NCBI GenBank assembly: GCA_964420085.1
Contig: CAYQRI010000001.1
Coordinates: 31,372 to 95,371 of the forward strand
Length of the DNA stretch: 64,000 nucleotides
DNA from: an uncultured Ruminiclostridium sp.
GTDB taxonomy: Bacteria; Bacillota; Clostridia; Oscillospirales; Oscillospiraceae
Reading direction: 5' to 3'
The translations under genes were made by a program, and so were the position numbers. Below, in pieces: positions 28,987 through 40,153 of this stretch (its first letter is position 1; every line of letters begins with the position of its first letter). The notes below the pieces were generated by a model. That model saw only the letters and a program-made list of their open reading frames with translations, ran no database searches and was not told the DNA's origin.

Positions 28987-29974
28987 AAGTCTCACGCAGC
29001 CTTTCCCGAATCACTTCTGCCGGAAGTCCTGCCAAGCGACCCAAAAGCAAAATGCGAATGGCGGTATATTCCGTTTCCTTGGCGACCAAATATGCAACCA
29101 CCGGTGCATCACCGAAGGCGACAAAGCGAGCGTCGGCGACATAGTCTGTCACCGCATCGTCGCACAGCTTTTCAAAGAGAACCAGAGAGCCGCCTCTCGT
29201 GGCGGTCTCCCCTGCCTCGACCGCCTCTCGCATGGTTGGATCGAAGATCTCCTCCAAGGAACCGCCTGCGCTTACCGTTTGGAGAATTCTCTTTTCATCC
29301 GTGACGCCGCCGGCCAGCAGCACCTCTTCCAAAAATTCCATATCCAAGCCCAAGCGAATGGTACGCACGGCAGAGCGCAAATTGGTGGTGTCAATGAGTC
29401 GTTTGACGTACCCAACCAAGAAGTCAGATTCGGATTCCTCCGCCGCCTTCAGCATAGCAGCAAAGCAATACCGATCCAAAAGAAGCTCCGCTCGTTGCAA
29501 ATTCCCTTCCGTTGCAATCAGCTCCCGTGCAAGCGGGATCACCTCCGCCAGATCCTCCGGCAAGGTGGTATAATCCGCTGCACGCAAACTATCCCGCAGC
29601 ACACGAAGCTCCACCTGCCCCAAAGGGATAAAGAGCCGTTCTGGCTTTTCCCCCGCAATTTTAGCCTTCAGCAAAGCCTTGGTGTTATGATAATCGTATT
29701 TCGTCTGAAAAACCTTTACGATATCCGTGGTTGGCAAAAAGAGTGCCAAATCCTCGGAAACCTTCTGCCGATCCTCTGTCAACAGGGCATCGATGCTTTC
29801 AGGCGAATTGTCCTCCGGCTCATGGTAACCACAGTCATAAAGGATGCGGAATGCTTCCTCCATATTCCGTGCTTCCAGCATCTGCTCCATACGTTCTCTG
29901 CTGAGGAGCTGCGCCTCCAACGAACGCAGGCGAACCGTCAAAAAGAGATATTCGCTATCTTTTACTTTTGCCAT
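28979..29974 (-). CDS. ntpC: V/A-type ATPase subunit C (d)
   Basis: RLRSLEAQLL, KYDYHNTK, LIDTTNL, AKETEYTAIR, RERLRETYV; operon position. Confidence 0.9.
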   Translation of the reverse strand: MAKVKDSEYLFLTVRLRSLEAQLLSRERMEQMLEARNMEEAFRILYDCGYHEPEDNSPESIDALLTEDRQKVSEDLALFLPTTDIVKVFQTKYDYHNTKALLKAKIAGEKPERLFIPLGQVELRVLRDSLRAADYTTLPEDLAEVIPLARELIATEGNLQRAELLLDRYCFAAMLKAAEESESDFLVGYVKRLIDTTNLRSAVRTIRLGLDMEFLEEVLLAGGVTDEKRILQTVSAGGSLEEIFDPTMREAVEAGETATRGGSLVLFEKLCDDAVTDYVADARFVAFGDAPVVAYLVAKETEYTAIRILLLGRLAGLPAEVIRERLRETYV

Positions 29975-30596
29975 GGGAACCTCCTCCCACCTTGCTCTTG
30001 CCAAATAAAATCTCCGAAACCGCCACGGTCAGTTCGTTCCGTGCCAGCCGCACCAGCATTTCCACGGAGCAATCAATTTCTCCATCTGCATCCCGGAGAA
30101 CCACGCCCCCTTTTAGGGGACGGGTCTCCTTGGATACGGTAAGCGCTCCGATCTTGCCCGCTGCTTTTCGGTTCTCATTCGCCGCTTCCACTACTTTTTT
30201 TCCATAAATTTCACGATCTTTAGCGGAGAAGATGACCTGTTCTGTGCCGCTTTCGGTAGCCTCCTGTATCAGTTTGATCAGAAGTGCTTCATAGTCCTGC
30301 GGGGGTAAATCAGACAGCTGCTCCACGGCAAGCCGGAAGGCTTCCTCTACAAGGGTCTGCTTTTCTGCGAGCACAATTTTTTGTGCTTCCATACGAGCCA
30401 GACCCTCCAAGCGTTCTGCCCGATCCTCTGCCTCCGCCTTGCCGTGGCTCAAAAGCTCGGCGACTTCCTTTCCTGCCCGGGCGGCATACTGTGCCTTTGT
30501 TGTTTCCGCCTCACGGTTGGCCTCTGCCAAAATAAGCGCAATCTCTGCTGTAGCATCCTCTCGGATACGCTGTAAGATTTTTTCCATGCCGTCCAT
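29955..30596 (-). CDS. ntpE: V/A-type ATPase subunit E
   Basis: MDGMEKILQRI, helical body, GGVVLRDADGEIDCS; operon position. Confidence 0.88.
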   Translation of the reverse strand: MDGMEKILQRIREDATAEIALILAEANREAETTKAQYAARAGKEVAELLSHGKAEAEDRAERLEGLARMEAQKIVLAEKQTLVEEAFRLAVEQLSDLPPQDYEALLIKLIQEATESGTEQVIFSAKDREIYGKKVVEAANENRKAAGKIGALTVSKETRPLKGGVVLRDADGEIDCSVEMLVRLARNELTVAVSEILFGKSKVGGGSHGKSKR

Positions 30597-30675
30597 GTAT
30601 GACACCCTCCTTTGACTGCATCAGGGCATTGCTATGGTTGATAGCCATGCCGTTCTTCCTATTTTCTATCGCTCG

Positions 30676-31661
<986 letters not shown>

Positions 31662-31663
31662 TG

Positions 31664-33613
31664 TTACATCACCTCCCCAGAATCGTCCGCTACATCAACG
31701 TAGCGTGTTTCATAACGCAGCGGCTGAAACGGTCTGCCGCCTTCCTTATAAAACTTCGTAAAGAACTCCAAATACTGTAACCGTGCCGCATGGACATAGG
31801 TGCCGATCAGGTTGATCCCGATATTAAACACATGACCGATGATAAAGATGAGGAAAAATACAACCACATTCCCTGCAAGGGTTCCCAAGATATTCATAAC
31901 CTGTGCAATGACCGTGGTCGCAAGCATGAGTGCCATCAAACGGGAATAGGATAGGACATCCCCTAGCCAGCTTGTGATATCATACCAACTGGCGATGCCG
32001 CCAAAGAGCTTTCCAAAGAAGCCTTTTTTGTGACGTCCTTGGGTAAGCAGCAGAGCAGCGAAGCCGGCGATGATCCCCCATGCGGTACCATTCACAGCAA
32101 AAAGACCAATTCCTGCAAAGAGAATCCACCAAGGAACCACGTCGAGAATGCCTTCCATGATGTGTCCGTCTCTCGCCTCCATATAGATGTGGACACATTG
32201 CCCGAAAATCAGGTGAACGCATCCGGCGACCACGGCAATGACCAAAATCTGCATGGGAGATTCCAAGGGGCTGATGAGCGCAGGGAGTCTGATGACGTGA
32301 TTGGGTGTAAAGGTGTAGGTGAACTCATAGAGGAAGTCTCCAAAGAAGCCACCCGTCAGCACACCGAAGATCACCGTACTGATGCCGAGATACTGCCCCA
32401 GTTCGAACATATACCCCATGGTATTTTTGGGCTTAAACTTTTTGTGGATCAGACGGCTGATGGCAAAAATGATGATGCCATAGCCGATATCCGCAAACAT
32501 GAACCCGAAAAACAGGATATAGATGAAGAAAATCAGGGGGTTGGGATCAATGCCCGTGCGGTATTCCGGCAGCGAGTACATTTCCGTTACCATGTTGATG
32601 CATCGCATCCACTTGGGATTCTTCAGCAGCGTGGGAACCTGATCGTCCTCGGTTGGCTCTGTAAATTCGGTTGCACAGCAGAACTGCGTCAATTCCTTTT
32701 CCAGTGTTGCGATAGACGAAGCCGGAATCCATCCCTTGAGGTAGAGGATGGTACCGTTTGTCATCAGCTTATTCTGTGCGGTGGCACGGGCGAGGTCTTG
32801 CGTCAATCTGTCCTGACAGAGCTTCAACGCTTGGCAAAGGCTCTCCTGCGCACGAATGGTATTCTCCAAGGCCTTGCGGCTCTCGACACATTTTTCCTTT
32901 TCCTGCTCCAATCGCAGGATGTTTTCATCCGCTCGCCCTTTGAGATCTTTGACACGGAATGCGGTGAAGATATGGTTATGGAGCACCTCGTCAGCCGCAT
33001 CTAACTGATCTCTATGACAAATCACAAGAAGACAAAGCTGATCCCGTCCACGACTAATCACAGAAAGGGTAGAAAGCGGTGCGGCCTCCATCAAATCCTT
33101 CCTCAATGCCTCCTCTGCGGTATTGGCAGGGCAGGTGCCAAGAAAAATCTTGACTGTTTTTGTCCCGGTACTTTCCAAGGGAATATCCAAGGATTTCCAA
33201 GGAAGCAAGCCGTCCCGCTCGGCCTCCAGCTTCGTTTCACGAGAAAGAAGCCGTGCTATTTTTCTGGTGCTGTCGTTAATTACTCTTGCAGCATTCCATG
33301 CTTTTTCTGTTTGTTCTTCATCGAAAAGCGTTTCTTCTGAAATAACATCCCGCTTTTCCATCATGTGGAATTGCTTTGGGGTGTATTTTTTCATGGTGGA
33401 TAAGGCTTCCGATACGGCGTTGCGTCGTACACGCAGCACCGATAATTCTTCCGGTTCATCCCTTTGTACCAACGTCTGCCACTCAGGTGAGGCAAGCTCC
33501 TCCTTTGGCTCTACTACTTCAACGCAGCCAAGCCGCAGCAAGGTGGAAAGCAAGGCTTCCCGCTCTTCCGTCAACCCAATCAGACGCAGGCGTTTCATTT
33601 TTACGATTGCCAT
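31664..33613 (-). CDS. ntpI: V/A-type ATPase subunit I (a)
   Basis: MAIVKMKRL, FFGFMFADIGYG, LGDVLSYSRLMAL, HAARLQYLEFFTKFY. Confidence 0.95.
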   Translation of the reverse strand: MAIVKMKRLRLIGLTEEREALLSTLLRLGCVEVVEPKEELASPEWQTLVQRDEPEELSVLRVRRNAVSEALSTMKKYTPKQFHMMEKRDVISEETLFDEEQTEKAWNAARVINDSTRKIARLLSRETKLEAERDGLLPWKSLDIPLESTGTKTVKIFLGTCPANTAEEALRKDLMEAAPLSTLSVISRGRDQLCLLVICHRDQLDAADEVLHNHIFTAFRVKDLKGRADENILRLEQEKEKCVESRKALENTIRAQESLCQALKLCQDRLTQDLARATAQNKLMTNGTILYLKGWIPASSIATLEKELTQFCCATEFTEPTEDDQVPTLLKNPKWMRCINMVTEMYSLPEYRTGIDPNPLIFFIYILFFGFMFADIGYGIIIFAISRLIHKKFKPKNTMGYMFELGQYLGISTVIFGVLTGGFFGDFLYEFTYTFTPNHVIRLPALISPLESPMQILVIAVVAGCVHLIFGQCVHIYMEARDGHIMEGILDVVPWWILFAGIGLFAVNGTAWGIIAGFAALLLTQGRHKKGFFGKLFGGIASWYDITSWLGDVLSYSRLMALMLATTVIAQVMNILGTLAGNVVVFFLIFIIGHVFNIGINLIGTYVHAARLQYLEFFTKFYKEGGRPFQPLRYETRYVDVADDSGEVM

Positions 33614-33927
33614 TCAGGACTCACGACCCTTCTGCGAATTTCAGCTGCTGCCTGCTGCATTCGTTCTTGCGCTGTCTTGCGCAAGAGAACACACTGCTCT
33701 TTTGCCTGCTGCTGTAGCTGCTCCGCTTGCATTTTTGCTTGCTTCTCTGCTTGTTCAAGCAGCTTCTTGTTTGCTTCCTGTGCTGTTTTTCGTGCTTCGT
33801 CCAATGCATACACGCCATTGAGCCGGGCATCCTCACGCAGTTTTTTTGCTTCTGTGATGGCCGCCGCCTTTTGTCGTGCTGCTTCGTTTTCCGCTTCTGT
33901 CAACATCTGAATTTCCTTTAGTGCCAT
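33601..33927 (-). CDS. V/A-type ATPase peripheral stalk subunit G/H
   Basis: A/E/K/Q-rich coiled coil; first gene of the operon. Confidence 0.8.
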   Translation of the reverse strand: MALKEIQMLTEAENEAARQKAAAITEAKKLREDARLNGVYALDEARKTAQEANKKLLEQAEKQAKMQAEQLQQQAKEQCVLLRKTAQERMQQAAAEIRRRVVSPEWQS

Positions 33928-34078
33928 TTTTCGTCACCACCCTTTCTTTTTTGCTCATTTTCAGCTTTTTTTCATTTATAAACAGGTCGCTAAAATATCC
34001 CATTGTATCTTGCGTAATCTAATTATGGCTCAATTTACTTGCAAAGTCCACTGAAAGAAGTTGACCATTTTTGAATAA

Positions 34079-34107
34079 TTGACTTTCCATTCGAAGAAAG
34101 TTATACT
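34079..34107 (+). promoter_or_regulatory. sigmaA promoter
   Basis: TTGACT-N17-TATACT, ~50 nt before the ATG at 34157. Confidence 0.7.
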
Positions 34108-34156
34108 ATTGTGTAGAATTCCGTTGCTTCCGAGCGAATGAAAGAGGTGCTCAACT

Positions 34157-35626
34157 ATGTCCTTTGGAGAAACGCTGCGAGAACTATTAGACAAAACAAA
34201 CATAAAAAGTGTCAATCTGTCCTCCGCTTTAGATTATGATGTTTCTTATATCAGTAAATGGCTCAATGGTGCCAAGCTCCCCTCTAAGAAAAATGCCGCT
34301 TCTGTTTGCCGCCGTATCGCCGCTTACTTATCCAAAAATGCTTCCCCCCGTGCGATAGAAAAGCTCTGTCGTGACTATAACTTGAAAATTGGACCGGGTA
34401 CAGACGGCGTGCAGCAACGTCTGGAGGATGCCCTGACCATCATCTTGAAGGATTCCTTGACCGAAAAGTCAACAGAAGCTCGCACCTCCAATCCTCTGCC
34501 CTTAGGAGAAGGAAATTGCACCATGCTACGCAACGCCGAAGAAATCCTAATTTTGTCCGTGGAGGCCATCGCGCGACATTTTGCACGCACCTCGGATGAA
34601 AACAGCCTCTTGGAGGTCATTTGTATGCTTCCTTTGTCGGGTCCCTTCTCCAGCTACCGCCAATTTTTCCGTCTCCTCGATGAGCGACAGGCAAACCACC
34701 CCGCTCGTATGCGGCTGAACTGGCTCCTGCGGGAAGCGGATTTGCTGGAAAACCCAGTCCTCTATTGCCGCTGCATCAGCACCGTGCTGGAAACACCTGA
34801 TAAAGTCCACGCCGCCTTTTACACCCTAAGTGCAGCTTCCCCCGCCGCCCCCGAAATCATGGTCATCAAAAATTCTCTCCTCACCATCAAGCTCCCCGGA
34901 TTTTTTGACGGCCGTAATTCTGCCATCGCCAGCCTGCACCCCCAACTGATCTGGGACTCCTATCAGCAGGCTGACCGTTATCTTCAGCAAATTGCAACCC
35001 CTGTCCTCCGCTCCCCTGCCGACGACCTCATTCATAACCGACATTTCCGTGCCTTCCTGATGGAAGACACCTTTTTCTGTATTCTCCGTCATATGCAGCT
35101 ATTTCAGCTTCCCAAGGCACTTTGGGATTCCGTGGAAAAGCAATGTGCAGAAGGCGGCGGCTGTCCCTTGATTCATCATATGCGTCATATGTGTACACAC
35201 TCTCAGGTGCATACCATATTATATAAATCTGCCCTCATCAGCTATATATTCGAAGGGGATATCCACTTATTTAATCTCCCCATCTCCCTCTCCTCTGCCG
35301 AACGCCGACATCACCTACTTTATCTGGCAGAGCAGCTGGAGGATAACCCCGCATTTTCTCTGCTGGTATTGGAGGACGAGAATCCATTCCTGCCCGCCGA
35401 TGAATTATTTTGCTCTCTTTTCTTTTCGTCGGATAATCTCTTTACCCTATGCATCACTGAGGATGGCTCGGTACGCAGCAACAGCTTTTCCTCTTCGCTT
35501 TTAAATCAAGCCTTCTGTACAACCTTTCAGAATATCCAAAAGGATGGACAACGCTTCTTTATGGAACGCTCTGCGCTGGTTTCATTGCTTCGCCGTGGCG
35601 CCGAAGCGGTCACCGACGCCTCTTAA
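34157..35626 (+). CDS. XRE-type HTH protein with a large uncharacterised C-terminal region
   Basis: MSFGETLRELL...LSSALDYDVSYISKWLNGAKLP HTH; the remaining ~400 aa are unrecognised. Confidence 0.7.
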   Translation: MSFGETLRELLDKTNIKSVNLSSALDYDVSYISKWLNGAKLPSKKNAASVCRRIAAYLSKNASPRAIEKLCRDYNLKIGPGTDGVQQRLEDALTIILKDSLTEKSTEARTSNPLPLGEGNCTMLRNAEEILILSVEAIARHFARTSDENSLLEVICMLPLSGPFSSYRQFFRLLDERQANHPARMRLNWLLREADLLENPVLYCRCISTVLETPDKVHAAFYTLSAASPAAPEIMVIKNSLLTIKLPGFFDGRNSAIASLHPQLIWDSYQQADRYLQQIATPVLRSPADDLIHNRHFRAFLMEDTFFCILRHMQLFQLPKALWDSVEKQCAEGGGCPLIHHMRHMCTHSQVHTILYKSALISYIFEGDIHLFNLPISLSSAERRHHLLYLAEQLEDNPAFSLLVLEDENPFLPADELFCSLFFSSDNLFTLCITEDGSVRSNSFSSSLLNQAFCTTFQNIQKDGQRFFMERSALVSLLRRGAEAVTDAS

Positions 35627-35750
35627 CCGCTCTCTGTATATCTTTCCTTTTATGAGGTATCCTATTCCTAAGAAATCACGGCTGCCATCGCCTTTTGGTG
35701 TACATGAATGCGAGCCGCGGTTTGCTGATACCAAAAAAGGAGGCGCTGCC

Positions 35751-36431
35751 ATGATTATTGCGGTCGTCCGTACCATCATTCTCTATCTGCTCATTATGAT
35801 TGGGATACGTCTGATGGGTAAGCGGCAAATCGGGCAGCTGGAACCCTCTGAGCTGGTGCTCTCTCTGCTCATTGCGGATCTGGCTGCCGTCCCCATGCAA
35901 GATTTTAGAATTCCACTTCTCATGGGTGTGATTCCGATTTTGACGCTGCTCTGTCTCTCCACCATTCTCTCCATCCTCACGGTGAAAAGCATTCGCTTTC
36001 GGGCACTCCTGTGCAGCCGTCCCAGCGTCATCATCCAAGACGGGGCAATTTTACAGAGTGAAATGATAAAAAACCGCTTCACTGTGGATGAACTGATGGA
36101 GGAGCTGCGTATGGCAGGGGTTACGGATGTATCCTCTGTCAAATATGCTGTTTTGGAAACCACCGGTCGCATCTCTGTTTTGCAGCGGGCAGAGGAGCGC
36201 CCCCCCTCTGCAAAGGATACAGGCATTTCTGTGCCTGAAAACGGCTTGCCTGTGATTTTGATCAGTGACGGTCGCCTTCTTTCCCAAAATCTTGAAACAA
36301 GGAACCTCACCCTAGACTGGCTGCAAAAAAAATTGAACCAGTACGGCCTACAAGACGCCTCCCAAGTATTTTTGATGACAGTAGACGAAGGCAACCATGT
36401 ATACCTCTCTAAAATGGAGGAAAATCCATGA
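35751..36431 (+). CDS. DUF421 (YetF-like) membrane protein
   Basis: RLMGKRQIGQL, ELMEELRMAG, AVLETTGRISV, LISDGRLL; AAGGAGG RBS before 35751. Confidence 0.9.
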   Translation: MIIAVVRTIILYLLIMIGIRLMGKRQIGQLEPSELVLSLLIADLAAVPMQDFRIPLLMGVIPILTLLCLSTILSILTVKSIRFRALLCSRPSVIIQDGAILQSEMIKNRFTVDELMEELRMAGVTDVSSVKYAVLETTGRISVLQRAEERPPSAKDTGISVPENGLPVILISDGRLLSQNLETRNLTLDWLQKKLNQYGLQDASQVFLMTVDEGNHVYLSKMEENP

Positions 36432-36808
36432 AAAAACTCTGGATTTCAGTGGCAATTTTAGGCTGCGTGATCGGTCTTTTGATTCTGAATTCCATCCGCC
36501 TTTCTGCGCTGATTGACCCTCTCTACGGTAAGCTGGAGGAAGCTTCCTCCGCCGCCCAAGCAAGTGACTGGGAAACTGCGGATCGTTTATGGACAGAAGC
36601 CCACGACACATGGAACGAAGAGGCAACCTACCTGCACTTTGTGCAGTGCCACACGATAACCGATGAAATCACAACGCTGTTACACGAGGCGAAGGTTTAC
36701 CTCTTTTTTGAGGATAAAGTCGCCTATAGCGCCGCCAGCACGCACATTCTGGACTCCTTGAGTGAAATTAAGGATCTGGAAGAATTCTCTCTGGGGAATT
36801 TGTTTTAA
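36428..36808 (+). CDS. DUF4363 family protein
   Basis: N-terminal TM, helical W...A...W...W pattern; ATGA overlap; usual partner of DUF421. Confidence 0.75.
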   Translation: MKKLWISVAILGCVIGLLILNSIRLSALIDPLYGKLEEASSAAQASDWETADRLWTEAHDTWNEEATYLHFVQCHTITDEITTLLHEAKVYLFFEDKVAYSAASTHILDSLSEIKDLEEFSLGNLF

Positions 36809-36854
36809 CGAAAAAGCCTTGACAACGGGCTTCAACGTGTGTATGATAAAAACG

Positions 36855-36905
36855 GTTAGCAAACACTAACCGTTTTTATCAACCCGGAAGTTAGCAACAA
36901 CTAAC
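36855..36905 (+). promoter_or_regulatory. Two palindromic metal-repressor-type operators at the feo promoter
   Basis: GTTAG-caaaca-CTAAC (36855-36870, inside a 15-bp IR at 36845-36880) and GTTAG-caacaa-CTAAC (36890-36905); TTGACA...TATGAT just upstream. Confidence 0.7.
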
Positions 36906-36927
36906 ACAACATAGAAGGAGGATAGGC

Positions 36928-37140
36928 ATGATGCCACTTACCTTATGCAGTGTAGGCGAAACAGCCACCATCAAAGCAATCGGCGGAAAGCCGGAAGTCA
37001 AGCGACATCTCGAAAACTTGGGACTCGTGGCAGGCGGAAGCATCCGTGTTGTATCTGTCCTGGGGAAAAATCTCATTGTCAGCGTGAAGGAAACCAGAAT
37101 CGCCATCAGCCGTGATTTGGCACAAAAAATTATGATATAA
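36928..37140 (+). CDS. feoA: Ferrous iron transport protein A
   Basis: MMPLTL...HLENLGLVAG...RIAISRDLAQKIMI. Confidence 0.92.
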   Translation: MMPLTLCSVGETATIKAIGGKPEVKRHLENLGLVAGGSIRVVSVLGKNLIVSVKETRIAISRDLAQKIMI

Positions 37141-37155
37141 AGAAGGATCGAAACG

Positions 37156-37377
37156 ATGAAGACATTAAAAGAGGTACGAGTTGGAGCTCATGTAACCGTC
37201 GTTAAGCTGCACGGCGTCGGAGCCGTAAAGCGTCGCATGATGGATATGGGCATTACAAAGGGTGTCGAGGTCTACGTCCGAAAGGTCGCTCCCTTGGGCG
37301 ATCCCATTGAGGTCACAGTGCGGGGCTATGAGTTGTCGCTCCGCAAAGCGGATGCAGATATGATTGAGATTGTATGA
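37156..37377 (+). CDS. feoA: Ferrous iron transport protein A (second copy)
   Basis: RRMMDMGITKG, APLGDPIE, LSLRKADA. Confidence 0.95.
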   Translation: MKTLKEVRVGAHVTVVKLHGVGAVKRRMMDMGITKGVEVYVRKVAPLGDPIEVTVRGYELSLRKADADMIEIV

Positions 37378-37426
37378 CGTGCTGAGAGAAAGCACGAAAA
37401 CAGTCTCACTCATTTTTTAAATTGAA

Positions 37427-37442
37427 GTTAGCAAAAACTAAC
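37427..37442 (+). promoter_or_regulatory. Third copy of the feo operator, directly upstream of feoB
   Basis: GTTAG-caaaaa-CTAAC. Confidence 0.6.
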
Positions 37443-37461
37443 TAAGAGAGGAAGAAGCACG

Positions 37462-39666
37462 ATGAATTTGAGAATCGCCCTAGCAGGCAATCCAAACAGC
37501 GGAAAAACCACCCTGTTTAACGCCCTGACCGGTTCCAATCAATACGTTGGAAATTGGCCCGGCGTGACGGTGGAGAAAAAGGAGGGAACGGTCAAAAAAC
37601 ACCCGGAGGTGACGCTCACCGATTTACCCGGTGTGTACTCCCTGTCCCCCTATACATTAGAGGAAGTGGTTGCCCGAAACTATCTCGTTCAGGAACGACC
37701 CGATGCCATCCTCAATATCGTAGACGGCGCAAATTTGGAGCGGAATTTATACCTGACAACCCAGCTCATGGAGCTTGGAATCCCGATTGTGGTCGCCATC
37801 AATCGAATGGACGTGGTGAATAAAAACGGAGATACCATCCATATTGAGCGATTGGGTCAGTCTCTCGGCTGCCCGGTATTTGAGATTTCTGCGCTAAAAG
37901 GCACTGGTATTTCCAGCGTCATAGAAGCCGCCATTCAGGCAGCGGGAGAGGGCACCTTCCTCCCGAAGCATAGCTACAGTGGTGCCGTAGAGCACGCCAT
38001 TGCTCACATCGAGGAGGTCGCTGTCCACACACTCCCAGAGGAGCGGCAGCGGTGGTATGCCATCAAAATCTTCGAGCGGGACGAAAAGGTTTTATCCGAC
38101 CTGAAGATCGCAGGCGGCATTTTAGAACACATTGAGCAGGACATCAAGCTGGCAGAGGAGGAACTGGACGACGACGCAGAGTCTATTCTCACAAACGAAC
38201 GCTATGTCTATATCTCCAATCTGCTAAAAGGTACCTATCAGAAGAAAAATGCCGGGCGTGTGAGCAGATCGGATCAGATTGACCGCATTGTCACGAATCG
38301 TATTCTGGCACTTCCTATTTTTGTGGCTGTTATGTGGGTGGTGTATACCATCTCCATCGGCACCATCGGTGACTGGACAGTCGGCTTTATGAACGATACC
38401 CTGTTCGGTGAATGGATTGTCCCGGGGGTCACCAAGGGACTGGAGAGTCTTGGCATCGCCGCTTGGCTCGTCAGCTTGATTGCAGACGGTATTGTCGGCG
38501 GTGTCGGTGCGGTGCTTGGCTTTGTGCCCCAGATGCTCATTCTCTTTCTGTTGCTCTCCCTCTTGGAGGATGTGGGATATATGTCCCGTGTCGCTTTTAT
38601 CATGGATCGCATTTTCAGAAAGTTCGGTCTTTCTGGCAAAAGCTTTATCCCGATGCTGGTTGCCTCCGGCTGTGGCGTTCCCGGCATCATGGCAAGCCGC
38701 ACCATTGAGCAGGAGCGTGACCGAAAGCTCACCATTATGACCACAGGCTTCATCCCCTGCGGTGCAAAAATGCCGATTGTCGCCCTGATCGCCGGCGCTC
38801 TTTTTGGCGGCAGCGCTTGGGTGGCAACCTCAGCCTACTTTATCGGCGTAGCCGCCGTCATCCTCTCCGGCATCATTCTAAAGAAGATGAAAGCATTTGC
38901 CGGAAAGCCTGCCCCCTTTGTGATGGAGCTTCCCGCCTACCATACCCCGACGGCAGGTAATATCCTGCGTGCTACTTGGGAGCGTGGCTGGAGCTTCATC
39001 AAACGTGCCGGCACCGTCATTTTGGCTGCCAGTGTCCTCATTTGGGTGCTGAACAGCCTGACCTTTGAAGGTGGCTTCCACTATATCGGTGACGGCACCG
39101 AAACCTCTATTCTCACGTTCCTTGGCGAAGGTCTTGCCGTTCTCTTTGTTCCCCTTGGCTTCGGCAAATGGCAGGCCGCCGTCGCTACCATTCTCGGTTT
39201 GGTTGCGAAGGAGGAGGTCGTTGGTGTCTTTGGCTCCCTCAGCTCCATGTTTGCCAGTGCAAACCCAGAAGCTGCCGCCGATCTGCTCACGGCGATGGAG
39301 AGCAACGTAGAAAACCTGAACCTCATCGGGCAGGAATTCTTTGGGGGAAGCGGACTTTCCGCCTATTCTTTCCTACTCTTCAACCTTTTGTGTGCCCCTT
39401 GCTTTGCTGCCATGGGTGCCATCAAACGAGAAATGAACAGCGCAAAATGGACCTTTGCCGCCATCGGCTATATGTGTGGCTTTGCCTACCTCGTTTCTCT
39501 GATTGTCTATCAGCTCGGCACTTTCCTGACAGGTGGCGCTTTTACCCTTTGGACCGCAGTCGCCGTGCTTGCTTTGGGATTCCTGCTCTATCTGTTGTTC
39601 CGCAAAGATCGGTATAAGAATTTGGAATCTCCCCTCGCCCACGCCAGCGTAGGCGGAACCCACTGA
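37462..39666 (+). CDS. feoB: Ferrous iron transport protein B
   Basis: GNPNSGKTT, NWPGVTVEK, DLPG, GFIPCGAK, FVMELP, PCFA. Confidence 0.97.
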   Translation: MNLRIALAGNPNSGKTTLFNALTGSNQYVGNWPGVTVEKKEGTVKKHPEVTLTDLPGVYSLSPYTLEEVVARNYLVQERPDAILNIVDGANLERNLYLTTQLMELGIPIVVAINRMDVVNKNGDTIHIERLGQSLGCPVFEISALKGTGISSVIEAAIQAAGEGTFLPKHSYSGAVEHAIAHIEEVAVHTLPEERQRWYAIKIFERDEKVLSDLKIAGGILEHIEQDIKLAEEELDDDAESILTNERYVYISNLLKGTYQKKNAGRVSRSDQIDRIVTNRILALPIFVAVMWVVYTISIGTIGDWTVGFMNDTLFGEWIVPGVTKGLESLGIAAWLVSLIADGIVGGVGAVLGFVPQMLILFLLLSLLEDVGYMSRVAFIMDRIFRKFGLSGKSFIPMLVASGCGVPGIMASRTIEQERDRKLTIMTTGFIPCGAKMPIVALIAGALFGGSAWVATSAYFIGVAAVILSGIILKKMKAFAGKPAPFVMELPAYHTPTAGNILRATWERGWSFIKRAGTVILAASVLIWVLNSLTFEGGFHYIGDGTETSILTFLGEGLAVLFVPLGFGKWQAAVATILGLVAKEEVVGVFGSLSSMFASANPEAAADLLTAMESNVENLNLIGQEFFGGSGLSAYSFLLFNLLCAPCFAAMGAIKREMNSAKWTFAAIGYMCGFAYLVSLIVYQLGTFLTGGAFTLWTAVAVLALGFLLYLLFRKDRYKNLESPLAHASVGGTH

Positions 39667-39695
39667 TATCAAAGAATAGAACGGAGTGTTTTTTT

Positions 39696-39833
39696 ATGAA
39701 TATCCCCACTCTCCTTACCGCTGTCTTACTGGCGGCGGTAGTGTGTGCCATTGTTGTCTGCACCGTTAAGAAAAAAGGCAAGGGAGGCTGCTCCTGCGGC
39801 GGAAACTGCGGTAACTGCGACCATTGTCATTAA
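39696..39833 (+). CDS. FeoB-associated Cys-rich membrane protein
   Basis: Not in the ORF track. MNIPTLLTAVLLAAVVCAIVVCTVKKKGKGGCSCGGNCGNCDHCH (45 aa). Confidence 0.85.
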   Translation: MNIPTLLTAVLLAAVVCAIVVCTVKKKGKGGCSCGGNCGNCDHCH

Positions 39834-39845
39834 ACTTTTCACGAG

Positions 39846-39887
39846 AAGGGAGCGATATCAAAACTCTGTTTTGATATCGCTCCCTTT
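39846..39887 (+). terminator. Terminator after the feo operon
   Basis: AAGGGAGCGATATCAAAAC-tct-GTTTTGATATCGCTCCCTT. Confidence 0.75.
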
Positions 39888-40153
39888 AGGATACCGCCAC
39901 AGGAATTCATGCATGATAGTATCCCAGGCACCCCGGACAATAGATATTCCAACGTGCTTCCCTTGTTCAATTTTCTACCTCAGGGTAATCATATGCTGAC
40001 CGGGAGGTTTGCGTACTATGCTCCCACACAAGCCTCCCAATGATTGCAACTCATCAATTTTTAGGACGAAACAATATGAACAAAAATGACAATAGCATTC
40101 GTTTGAAAACCCTTGCTGATCTCCAAGGTGTTACGCTTTTGCGGAAGAAGGAA

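Noticed and set aside
39888-40150. Unexplained 260-bp gap after the feo terminator
   Set aside because: No convincing ORF, repeat or RNA motif found by eye.
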